Assembly (NCBI GenBank): GCA_964601525.1
Contig: CAZRNT010000001.1
Coordinates: 1-32,984 of the forward strand
Length of the DNA: 32,984 nucleotides
Source of the DNA: an uncultured Erysipelothrix sp.
Lineage (GTDB): Bacteria > Bacillota_I > Bacilli_A > Erysipelotrichales > Erysipelotrichaceae
Direction of reading: 5' to 3'
Of this stretch, positions 1 to 8,105 are shown one piece after another (the stretch's first letter is position 1; every line of letters begins with the position of its first letter). The notes under the pieces were generated by a model. It was not told the DNA's origin and ran no database searches. It was given only the letters and a program-made list of their open reading frames with translations. Both the position numbers and the translations under genes were made by a program.

Positions 1-2
1 TA

Positions 3-1010
3 TTAAAAGAAAAAGATAAGAATTTTGAGGGTAGTGACATACGAGAAGGGCTTTCTTTGATTCTATCAGTTTCAATTCCAGAAAATTTGCTACAGTTTGA
101 AGGACAAACAAAAGGAAAACTTGGAACTCCAAGTGCTCGAAATGCAGTAGAAACTGTTATTATGGAGCAATTACCTTACTATATGGATACTCACCATGAA
201 GATGCTATGAATATTCTTGCTAAAATTCAAAAAGCAAGCCAAGCACGTCAAGCGGCACGCAAGGCAAGAGAACAGGCAAGAAAAGGAAAAAGCAGAAGAG
301 TAGAAAAAATATTATCAGGTAAATTAGCAAATGCTCAAACAAAAAACAAAGATAAAAATGAATTGTTTCTTGTTGAGGGTGATTCCGCTGGTGGAAGTGC
401 GAAACAGGGAAGAGATTCTAAATTTCAAGCAATTTTACCTTTACGAGGTAAAGTGTTAAACACACAAAAAGCAAAATTTGAAGACATCTTAAAAAACGAA
501 GAATTGAACACTATTATTCATACAGTTGGTGCTGGAGTAGGTCAAGATTTTGTTTTAAAAGATTCAAATTACAAAAAGGTCATTATTATGACTGACGCTG
601 ATACTGATGGAGCACATATTCAAGTGCTTTTACTCACGTTCTTCTTTAGACACATGCGTCCATTAATTGAAGCAGGTTATGTTTATATTGCTCAACCACC
701 ACTTTATCGTGTTAAAACATCTAAAGGCTCTTTCTATGCATATACAGATGAGGAACTAGAAGCTTTTAGAGATAAATATGGAAAATTAGAATTACAAAGA
801 TATAAAGGACTTGGGGAAATGAATGCAGATCAGCTATGGGAAACCACAATGGATCCAGCAACTAGAAACTTAATCCAAGTTCAAATTGATGATTTATTAA
901 TTGCTGATAAACGTGTCAGTACATTAATGGGTGACAAAGTTGCTTCAAGACGTGAATGGATTGAAGAAAATGTTGCTTTTACACTGGAGGAGGATCTTGA
1001 TGTCGAATAA
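3..1010 (+). CDS. parE: DNA topoisomerase IV subunit B, 5'-truncated by window edge
   Basis: Frame is open from position 3 (LKEKDKNFEGSDIREGL...). TOPRIM motifs EGDSAGG, PLRGKVLN, IMTDADTDGAHI and RYKGLGEM. KNEELNTIIHTVG and RREWIE are ParE-type. Overlaps parC. Confidence 0.93.
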   Translation, partial: LKEKDKNFEGSDIREGLSLILSVSIPENLLQFEGQTKGKLGTPSARNAVETVIMEQLPYYMDTHHEDAMNILAKIQKASQARQAARKAREQARKGKSRRVEKILSGKLANAQTKNKDKNELFLVEGDSAGGSAKQGRDSKFQAILPLRGKVLNTQKAKFEDILKNEELNTIIHTVGAGVGQDFVLKDSNYKKVIIMTDADTDGAHIQVLLLTFFFRHMRPLIEAGYVYIAQPPLYRVKTSKGSFYAYTDEELEAFRDKYGKLELQRYKGLGEMNADQLWETTMDPATRNLIQVQIDDLLIADKRVSTLMGDKVASRREWIEENVAFTLEEDLDVE

Positions 1011-3387
1011 TACTATTATGCCTATTGAAGAAATCATGGGCGATCGCTTTGGAAAATATTCAAAATATATTATTCAAGAGAGAGCTTTACCAGATGTTCG
1101 TGATGGCCTAAAGCCTGTTCAAAGAAGAATTTTATATGCAATGCATCATGATGGCAACCATTTTAATAAGCCTTATCGAAAATCCGCGAAAACAGTTGGT
1201 TTAGTTATCGGTAACTATCATCCACATGGCGATTTATCCGTCTATGAAGCCATGGTGAGAATGTCTCAAGAATGGAAAATGGGGCAGATTTTGATCGATA
1301 TGCAAGGAAATAATGGATCAATTGATGATGATCCCGCTGCAGCTATGCGTTATACAGAGGCTAGATTGTCTTCTTTATCGCATATGTTGCTTGAAAATAT
1401 TGATGAAGAAGTTGTGCCATTTGTTCTTAATTTTGATGACATGACAACAGAACCTTCGGTTCTTCCTGCAAGATATCCCAATCTACTAGTGAACGGATCC
1501 ACTGGTATTGCTGCTGGTTATGCGACAAATGTTCCGCCTTTCAACTTTACAGAAGTTATGGAAGCGGCAATCTATCGTTTAAATAATCCAGAATCAAGCA
1601 TTGATGAAATTGCTACAATCATAAAGGGTCCTGATTTTCCTACTGGAGCAATCATTGAGGGCCAAGAAGGTATTGACAATATATTAAAAACGGGTCGAGG
1701 TCGAATTGTAATTAGAGCTAAAGCTGAAATTGTAAAACAAAAAGGCAGACAGCAGATCGTTATTACTGAATTACCTTATGAAGTGATTAAATCTAATGTT
1801 GTCAAAAAAATTGATGATTTAAGATTTGATATGGCTGAAGATGGTCTTGGTGATGTCATGGATGTTCGTGATGAATCTGACCGTAATGGATTAAGAATTG
1901 TTATTGATTGTAAAGCAGATGCAGATGCTCAAAGTATCCTAAATTTATTTTATAAACATACTGAACTGCAAGTGTATTACAATGCCAACATGGTTGCGAT
2001 TGTAGACCAAAGACCAAAAGTATCCAATGTTTTAGACATTTTAGATGCTTATTTAGAATTTCGTCAAGAAGTTGTCTTAGCTAGAAGTAAATTTAGATAT
2101 GCCAAAAAAGAAAAACGTTTACATATCCTTGAAGGTTTAATGAAGGCTACTTCAATTTTAGATGAAGTGATTGAAATAATCAGAGCTTCCCAAAATAGAC
2201 GTAATTCCTATGAAAACTTAATGAAAGAATTTGACTTTACGCAAGTTCAAGCTGAAGCAATTGTTGATTTACAATTATATCGTTTATCATCAACAGACAT
2301 TAAGAAACTTCAAGCTGAATTTGCTGAATTATCTAATGAATTAGAACAATTATCACTAATTATTAATGATGAAAAGATGCTAAACTATGTCATTAGTCAA
2401 GAATTTAAGGATCTGATAGAAGAGTTTCCAAGTGAGAGAAAATCTGAAATAAGGGCTGAGATTGCTGATTTAGAGGTAGACCATTTAAGTCTTATCAATG
2501 ATGAGCAAGTAGTCTTAACTTTAAGTGAGGCAGGATATATTAAAAGAGTATCTATGCGTTCATATGGTTCAAGTCAACAAAATATTGTTGGTTTAAAAGA
2601 AGATGATGTTCCGGTATTGATTGAGGAAGTCAGTACCATTGATCACTTACTTTTCTTTACCAATAAAGGACGTTATGGCATGATTTTAGTCCATGATATT
2701 GAAGAGGCGAGATGGCGAGATGTTGGTAGTCATATTAACCAGTATGCTAAAATTGAGCCAAATGAAAAAATCATTAAGGGAATTGTTGTAAAAGATTTTA
2801 CTGATCCATATATGATTGTCTCATTAACAAAAAATGGAGTTGTAAAGAAATCGAAATTGGAAGATTATGAGCTAAAACGTACAGGCCAATTGGTTAAAGC
2901 AATTAATCTAGATAAAGATGATGAATTAATATATACATCCCTAGCATTTGATAGTGATGAAATGTTAGTCGCAAGTCATATGGGACAATGTTTAAGAATT
3001 GATTTATCAAGCATTAACGCAATCGGTGTGCGGGCCAAAGGTGTCATAGCAATGCGTTTAAGAGATGATGATTATGTCGTTGATGGTTCTATCTTACAAA
3101 GCCAAAACGAAATTATCTTTATATCTCATAGAATGCAAATGAAGCGTTTTAAGGTACATGATTTCCCAAAACACAATCGAGCTACTATGGGAATTGCAGT
3201 GATGAGATGGGTCAAATCTAATCCACAGTATTTAAACCATGTTTTATGTCTAAATATTGATGATGAAATAAGTTTATTCGAGGATGAATTGATGAGTCTT
3301 GAGGTTAAAGATATTCCGATTATGAAACTTGATGCAAGTTTCTCAAATGTTTTGGATGGCAATCGTCCGAACTTAATTAAATCATGA
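1000..3387 (+). CDS. parC: DNA topoisomerase IV subunit A
   Basis: RALPDVRDGLKPVQRR, YHPHGD and catalytic AAMRYTE. N-terminal MGDRFGKYSKYII is ParC-type, and no GyrA-box is seen. Start moved to ATG 1000 (SD GGAGGAGG at 986-993). Confidence 0.93.
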   Translation: MSNNTIMPIEEIMGDRFGKYSKYIIQERALPDVRDGLKPVQRRILYAMHHDGNHFNKPYRKSAKTVGLVIGNYHPHGDLSVYEAMVRMSQEWKMGQILIDMQGNNGSIDDDPAAAMRYTEARLSSLSHMLLENIDEEVVPFVLNFDDMTTEPSVLPARYPNLLVNGSTGIAAGYATNVPPFNFTEVMEAAIYRLNNPESSIDEIATIIKGPDFPTGAIIEGQEGIDNILKTGRGRIVIRAKAEIVKQKGRQQIVITELPYEVIKSNVVKKIDDLRFDMAEDGLGDVMDVRDESDRNGLRIVIDCKADADAQSILNLFYKHTELQVYYNANMVAIVDQRPKVSNVLDILDAYLEFRQEVVLARSKFRYAKKEKRLHILEGLMKATSILDEVIEIIRASQNRRNSYENLMKEFDFTQVQAEAIVDLQLYRLSSTDIKKLQAEFAELSNELEQLSLIINDEKMLNYVISQEFKDLIEEFPSERKSEIRAEIADLEVDHLSLINDEQVVLTLSEAGYIKRVSMRSYGSSQQNIVGLKEDDVPVLIEEVSTIDHLLFFTNKGRYGMILVHDIEEARWRDVGSHINQYAKIEPNEKIIKGIVVKDFTDPYMIVSLTKNGVVKKSKLEDYELKRTGQLVKAINLDKDDELIYTSLAFDSDEMLVASHMGQCLRIDLSSINAIGVRAKGVIAMRLRDDDYVVDGSILQSQNEIIFISHRMQMKRFKVHDFPKHNRATMGIAVMRWVKSNPQYLNHVLCLNIDDEISLFEDELMSLEVKDIPIMKLDASFSNVLDGNRPNLIKS

Positions 3388-3393
3388 TATAAT
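3385..3393 (+). promoter_or_regulatory. Putative extended -10 promoter (TGATATAAT) for the yqeH operon
   Basis: TGnTATAAT whose TG comes from the parC stop codon. No good -35. Confidence 0.4.
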
Positions 3394-3404
3394 ATAATTA
3401 AATT

Positions 3405-3430
3405 AAGTCTGCTTAGTCAGACTTTCTTTT
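3405..3430 (+). terminator. Intrinsic terminator-like hairpin after parC
   Basis: AAGTCTG-cttagt-CAGACTT followed by TCTTTT. Confidence 0.55.
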
Positions 3431-3446
3431 CAATAGGAGAGTGTTT

Positions 3447-4466
3447 ATGGAGAAAAAATGTCAGGGTTGCGGTGCAGTATTACAAATAGATAATAATGAA
3501 TTAGCAGGATATGCAAAATCCTTAGAAAATGATTTTTGTCAATCTTGTTTTAGACTAAAACATTATCGTGATTTCAAACGAGTAAGGGCTGATGTTAATG
3601 ATGCCGATGTTCTTGAATTTATAGAAGGATTTCACGGAACTATTTTTTGGATAGTAGATTTGTTAAACATTAATCAAAGTATGCATCCAGGTTTAATGAG
3701 AACTTTAATTGGTAAGGATGTTGTTTTATTGGCAAACAAACGTGATCTATTTCCGAAATCTCTTTCCAATACTAAATTACTCCATGGCTTAATGAGAGCG
3801 ATGGGAGATTTTCCTATTTCTTTTCTTGAAGTTCAATTTGTTAGTTCTAAGAAAAGAGATAGTTTACTAGGTATCCTTCCTTACTTAGAGGCAGGTGATG
3901 TAGCTTTTGTTGGTGCAGTTAATGCGGGTAAATCATCGATTCTAAACAGCTTACTTAATCAAGATAAATTATCTGTTTCACCAGTCGCTTCCACAACAGC
4001 TGAGGTCATTGAAATTAATGTCAACGATTACCGATTGTTTGATACCCCAGGTTTACAGAATGAAAGTAATTTATCTCATGTTCTAAGTGATGAAGATCTT
4101 TTAAGTTTATCCCCACAAAAAACAATGAAACCACAAGTTTTTCAAATTTATGAAAAGCAAAGTTTTGTGATTGGTAATCTTGGTTCAATTACCATTGATC
4201 CAAAAGATCAAGTTCAAGTTATTGCTTATTTACCTGTCAAAGTCAAAAGAGTTCGACCAGAAAGGGTTGAAGCAAACTTAAAACAGGCTAAAGAAATGAT
4301 TGTGCCAGATGCAAAGTATAGAAAACATGTTTGGCCAAAAGAGAAGAACAATATAGATTTAGAATTATTTGATATTGGCTTTTTCAATATCAAAGGCGAA
4401 TATAAATCTTTAGAAAGCAATTTTGATCAAAATATTGAAGTCGTATTTAGAAAGGCGATGATTTAA
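3447..4466 (+). CDS. yqeH: Circularly permuted ribosome biogenesis GTPase YqeH
   Basis: Zn-finger CQGC...CQSC; G4 NKRD precedes G1 GAVNAGKSS; G3 DTPG. SD AGGAGA at 3435-3440 favours ATG 3447. Confidence 0.9.
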   Translation: MEKKCQGCGAVLQIDNNELAGYAKSLENDFCQSCFRLKHYRDFKRVRADVNDADVLEFIEGFHGTIFWIVDLLNINQSMHPGLMRTLIGKDVVLLANKRDLFPKSLSNTKLLHGLMRAMGDFPISFLEVQFVSSKKRDSLLGILPYLEAGDVAFVGAVNAGKSSILNSLLNQDKLSVSPVASTTAEVIEINVNDYRLFDTPGLQNESNLSHVLSDEDLLSLSPQKTMKPQVFQIYEKQSFVIGNLGSITIDPKDQVQVIAYLPVKVKRVRPERVEANLKQAKEMIVPDAKYRKHVWPKEKNNIDLELFDIGFFNIKGEYKSLESNFDQNIEVVFRKAMI

Positions 4467-4467
4467 G

Positions 4468-4752
4468 ATGTTAAGTAATAAAGAAAAGAAAGAATTAAGA
4501 AGTTTAGCTCATCAAGAAAAAAATTTAGTTAATGTAGGTAAATATGGTTTAACTGAAAATGTATATAATACATTTGGTGATGCTTTGGAAGCTCATAACT
4601 TAGTTAAAGTAAATATTCAAAAAGCTTCTGATGTTAAAATTGACGATTTAATTGAAGAGTTCTGTCATGAATATGAGTGTGAATTAGTAAATAAAACAGG
4701 GAGAGTTGCTATTTTTTACAAATACCATGAGGATGGAAGAATCAAACTGTGA
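4468..4752 (+). CDS. yhbY: CRM-domain RNA-binding protein YhbY/YqeI
   Basis: LRSLAH...VGKYGLT...ALEAHNLVKV pattern, 94 aa, conserved position in the yqeH operon. Confidence 0.9.
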   Translation: MLSNKEKKELRSLAHQEKNLVNVGKYGLTENVYNTFGDALEAHNLVKVNIQKASDVKIDDLIEEFCHEYECELVNKTGRVAIFYKYHEDGRIKL

Positions 4753-5750
4753 AACACGTAATCCTTTTTGGAGGTAGTTTTGATCCGATTCATAATGGTC
4801 ATTTAAATATGGCTCTTAGAGCTCTTGATGAAAGAAAAGCTGACGAATTATGGTTTATCCCTAATCAAGTAAGTCCATTTAAATCGGATGTTACACCCTT
4901 TAAAAATCGTTTAGAAATGATTGAATTGGTCTTGGGAATTGATTCACGCTTTAAAGTTTTAGATATTGAAGGTAAGCAAGAGGGTCCTTCTTATACAATT
5001 GATACAGTTTTATCCATCAAAAAAGATCATCCTGATATCAAATTTGATTTTTTAATTGGTGATGATCATATTGAATTTCTTGAACAATGGAAAAATTTTA
5101 AACAACTTGAAAAAGAGATTCAATTTATTGTTTATGGAAGAAATGATATCGAACATAAATATCCCCAAATTAATGGTGAAATTATGAATGTATCATCAAG
5201 CAAAATTCGTATTGGCGAAAGCACAGAAACCAGTTCTGATGTTTTAAGATATATTGTAGAACATTCACTTTACATGCATACTATTTTACAAAATCGCTTG
5301 TCTACTTATCGATATGAACACGTTTTAAGGGTATGTGATTTGGCTTTAGAATTAGGTAAACATCATAATTTAGATTTACAAAGAATTAAAATAGCTGCTT
5401 TATGGCATGATTATGCAAAAGAAGATAAAAATTTGAAAGAATATATTCAAAAATATCTTCCTAAATGTTTAGATTACCCCGATGCATTTTATCATGCTTT
5501 TGTTGCTGCAGATGTTTTAGAACGACGTTATAAGTTCTATGATCAAGAGGTTTTGGATGCTATTTACTATCATGTAGATGGTGCATCTGATAATGACATT
5601 GCTAAAGTTTTGTACATTGCAGATAAGTGTGAGCCAAATCGTCCTTTTGACACAAGTAAATTTGTTAATTTAGCGAAACAAGATTTAAATTTAGGTTTTC
5701 AAGAACTTAAGAAAAATCAAGAAGAATATTTAGGAGGTTCAAATGAGTAA
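4749..5750 (+). CDS. nadD: Fusion of nicotinate-nucleotide adenylyltransferase NadD and HD-domain Ap4A hydrolase YqeK
   Basis: N-half: GGSFDPIHNGH, SYTIDT, VSSSKIR. C-half: RYEHVLRV, WHDYAK, IADKCEPNR. Confidence 0.9.
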   Translation: MKHVILFGGSFDPIHNGHLNMALRALDERKADELWFIPNQVSPFKSDVTPFKNRLEMIELVLGIDSRFKVLDIEGKQEGPSYTIDTVLSIKKDHPDIKFDFLIGDDHIEFLEQWKNFKQLEKEIQFIVYGRNDIEHKYPQINGEIMNVSSSKIRIGESTETSSDVLRYIVEHSLYMHTILQNRLSTYRYEHVLRVCDLALELGKHHNLDLQRIKIAALWHDYAKEDKNLKEYIQKYLPKCLDYPDAFYHAFVAADVLERRYKFYDQEVLDAIYYHVDGASDNDIAKVLYIADKCEPNRPFDTSKFVNLAKQDLNLGFQELKKNQEEYLGGSNE

Positions 5751-6078
5751 TTTATTAGATTTAATAGTAGAGAATTTAGATAGTAATAAAGCCAATGATA
5801 TTACAGTAATGGATTTTCGTAATGAGAATCCTATTTGTGATTATTTTGTAGTCTGTGATGGGAGCAGCTTAAGACAGATTAATGCTTTAGCAGATAATCT
5901 TGCTGAAGTATTGGCTGAAAACAATTATCCTGTAAGGACAATTGAACGTGAAACTGAATCGTCATGGATTTTGCTTGATGCTTACGATGTTATTGTTCAT
6001 ATATTTTTTAGTGATGATAGAAATCATTATAATCTAGAAAAGTTGTACCGTGACTATGTCAAAGAAATCGTATTATGA
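5743..6078 (+). CDS. rsfS: Ribosome silencing factor RsfS (Iojap)
   Basis: KANDI...DYFVVC...WILLDAYDVIVHIF...RNHYNLEKLY. SD AGGAGG upstream. Confidence 0.93.
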   Translation: MSNLLDLIVENLDSNKANDITVMDFRNENPICDYFVVCDGSSLRQINALADNLAEVLAENNYPVRTIERETESSWILLDAYDVIVHIFFSDDRNHYNLEKLYRDYVKEIVL

Positions 6079-6739
6079 TGCTGTCTTTCAAGATGTAGAA
6101 GGAAGCAAACTATATCTTGAATGGATATCAAAAAATCTAAAGTCATCATCAACAGTCTTGGAAATGGCTTGTGGTACGGGTGATTTAGCTAAAATGCTTT
6201 CAGAATCATATACGGTAGATGGTTTTGATATTGATGAAAATGTTATTCAAAAGGCAAAAGAAAAATATCCAGACTTAAAAGAACGTTTTTTTGTTGCGGA
6301 TTTTTTGGATTTATCTTTAGATAAAAACTATGATGCGCTTGTATGTATCAATGATTCATTAAATTATATTCTTAATGAAGAAGATTTAGATCGTTTTGTT
6401 GCGATAACAAGTAAGCTTTCAGATGAAATATTTCTAGATAGTCATCATCCTTTTAGGCTTGAAGAGTTTTCTGAACCTTATCTAGAAGAAGGACGAACAG
6501 ATGAATTTGATTATTCCTACCAAATTAGCACAGATGGAGACTTCCTTGTTCATATTATAAATTTTTTAGATGGAAATTATGACTCTGTTTTTCAATGGAT
6601 CTTTGATCCAATGCTCTTAAAAGAAAAATATGAAGCATTAGAGTATAAAGTTGATTTATACACTGATTTTCAAGATAAAGGTATTAATCAAGAGGGTGAA
6701 AAAATAATGTATCACATTTATAGGGAGGATAAGGAATGA
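6056..6739 (+). CDS. Class I SAM-dependent methyltransferase (YqeM-like)
   Basis: Motif I LEMACGTG, GFDID and DSLNY; yqeM position. Start uncertain (6050 or 6056). Confidence 0.8.
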   Translation: MSKKSYYDAVFQDVEGSKLYLEWISKNLKSSSTVLEMACGTGDLAKMLSESYTVDGFDIDENVIQKAKEKYPDLKERFFVADFLDLSLDKNYDALVCINDSLNYILNEEDLDRFVAITSKLSDEIFLDSHHPFRLEEFSEPYLEEGRTDEFDYSYQISTDGDFLVHIINFLDGNYDSVFQWIFDPMLLKEKYEALEYKVDLYTDFQDKGINQEGEKIMYHIYREDKE

Positions 6740-7419
6740 TTTTAATAATTGCGGCCATGAATGAGGAACTTGAAGCTTTGAGATTAAAACTAGAAAATCC
6801 TATTGAGAAAAATCATGGTGATATTTTGACTTATGAAGGAGAAATTGCGGGTAAAGAAGTAGTCTTATCTCTTTCTGGAGTAGGTAAGGTCAATGCCGCT
6901 TACACTAGCACGAAATTAATTGGTATCTATCCAATTGACACACTTATAAATATTGGCTCTGCAGGGGGCTTAAAAAGCTCGCAAAAAGTAGGGGAGATCG
7001 TGATTGCTGACGAATGTCGTTACCATGATTTTGATATTGGTGAAGAATATAAGGATGATGAGCGTTTTATTTTCAAGCCAAACTCTAAATTGAATAAAAG
7101 CGCTCAAAAAACCATAGAAGAATTGGGTATAAAATCACATCCAGGACTTTTGCTTGCTGGTGATCAATTTGTAACAAAAAACAGCGATGCATTTATGAAT
7201 ATTCAAAGGAAATATCCTGACGCTGTTGCTGTTGATATGGAATCCGCAGCTATTGCTGCAGTCTGTAAACGAGCTAATATACCGTTTATTGTTTTAAGAA
7301 GTTTGTCTGATGTGACTACTGAAGACGATAATGCTTTAAGCTTTGAAGAATATCTACCTTTAGCAAGTGAACAATCTGCTAAAGTTTGTTATGAGTTCAT
7401 AAAAAAAGAGTTCACTTAA
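6736..7419 (+). CDS. mtnN: 5'-methylthioadenosine/S-adenosylhomocysteine nucleosidase
   Basis: AMNEE, SGVGKVNAA, NIGSAGG, GDQF, DMESAAIA, RSLSD. Confidence 0.92.
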   Translation: MILIIAAMNEELEALRLKLENPIEKNHGDILTYEGEIAGKEVVLSLSGVGKVNAAYTSTKLIGIYPIDTLINIGSAGGLKSSQKVGEIVIADECRYHDFDIGEEYKDDERFIFKPNSKLNKSAQKTIEELGIKSHPGLLLAGDQFVTKNSDAFMNIQRKYPDAVAVDMESAAIAAVCKRANIPFIVLRSLSDVTTEDDNALSFEEYLPLASEQSAKVCYEFIKKEFT

Positions 7420-7429
7420 TTGTGAACTC
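7401..7429 (-). terminator. Intrinsic terminator for the minus-strand orphan gene, embedded in coding sequence
   Basis: GAGTTCAC-ttaatt-GTGAACTC (7408-7429) plus A7 at 7401-7407, which is U7 on the minus transcript. Confidence 0.65.
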
Positions 7430-7943
7430 CGTATGGGCCATTCCAAAGATTATTCTCAAAGAACCATGTTTTCAATTCATTTGAAGAGAAAGGCTCCTGA
7501 GGATTATAAACTTTGGTGCTTTTTATTTTATATGAATCACCATCGCACGATAGATAGATAAATGCAGGGTATCGTTCAATTTCTAAAATATTCTTAAGTC
7601 TTGTTACCGAAATCCCTGAATTCTCCGGTACATCAACTTTGACAATTTGTGGAAGTGTTTGTTCTTCCTGCTCATTGGCTAAAGGGGTTAAAATAGATTT
7701 AATTAAATAGTCAGAATCTTGACTATCATCCTTTATCAATAAAACTAAATCATCATCGTGATCTTCTAAGTACTCAGATAAATGTTCAACGCTAATTTTA
7801 TCACTAAAGACTTGATCAACACTACGTAATGCTAAAGCATCTATTTTTGTTTGAAATTTATCATGTAAAACTATAAAAAGGAATCCTACAAGTGCAGCTG
7901 ATGCTGTAAAATATAGAATGCGTTTCAAAAATCGTTTTTGCAT
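7416..7943 (-). CDS. Hypothetical membrane-anchored protein, probable redox-inactive thioredoxin-like fold
   Basis: SD AAAGGAGGA before ATG 7943 (175 aa). Basic N-terminus plus one hydrophobic helix. Trx-like pattern with SQDS in place of CxxC and RYPAF as the cis-Pro-like motif. Confidence 0.7.
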   Translation of the reverse strand: MQKRFLKRILYFTASAALVGFLFIVLHDKFQTKIDALALRSVDQVFSDKISVEHLSEYLEDHDDDLVLLIKDDSQDSDYLIKSILTPLANEQEEQTLPQIVKVDVPENSGISVTRLKNILEIERYPAFIYLSCDGDSYKIKSTKVYNPQEPFSSNELKTWFFENNLWNGPYGVHN

Positions 7944-8006
7944 AAGTCCTCCTTTATACTGAAATACTTTACCACATGTAAGAGTGGGATGCAAATACCC
8001 AATACT

Positions 8007-8020
8007 TGAAATCGCTTACA
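8007..8020. promoter_or_regulatory. cre-like (CcpA/LacI-family) operator TGAAATCGCTTACA
   Basis: Fits TGWNANCGNTNWCA on both strands. Overlaps the predicted start site of the minus-strand promoter. Confidence 0.6.
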
Positions 8021-8048
8021 TTATAACACCGACTTTATTAAGATGCAA
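8020..8048 (-). promoter_or_regulatory. SigA promoter for the orphan gene
   Basis: Minus strand TTGCAT-N17-TATAAT with a TGn extension. Confidence 0.7.
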
Positions 8049-8051
8049 ATC

Positions 8052-8080
8052 TTCAATTTTGTGAAGCTTTAATGTATAAT
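8052..8080 (+). promoter_or_regulatory. Putative SigA promoter for the smc operon
   Basis: TTCAAT-N17-TATAAT (-10 at 8075-8080). Confidence 0.5.
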
Positions 8081-8105
8081 AGTTAAGATGTATATGGAGG
8101 TAGCT

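Noticed and set aside
931-999. ORF-track N-terminal extension of parC
   Set aside because: It overlaps parE coding sequence; the strong SD and homology favour ATG 1000.
3126-3362. Short antisense ORFs (also 4226-4420, 9775-9978, 13201-13452, 15986-16204, 23102-23287, 24919-25128, 27043-27345, 27812-28015, 32393-32593)
   Set aside because: Shadows of conserved genes, with no recognisable motifs or independent expression signals noticed.
3-3387. gyrB-gyrA interpretation
   Set aside because: ParE/ParC-type signatures, no GyrA-box, and no dnaA-dnaN-recF context.
4748-4757. GTGAAACA parS half-site
   Set aside because: Only half of the palindrome is present, and it coincides with the nadD start.
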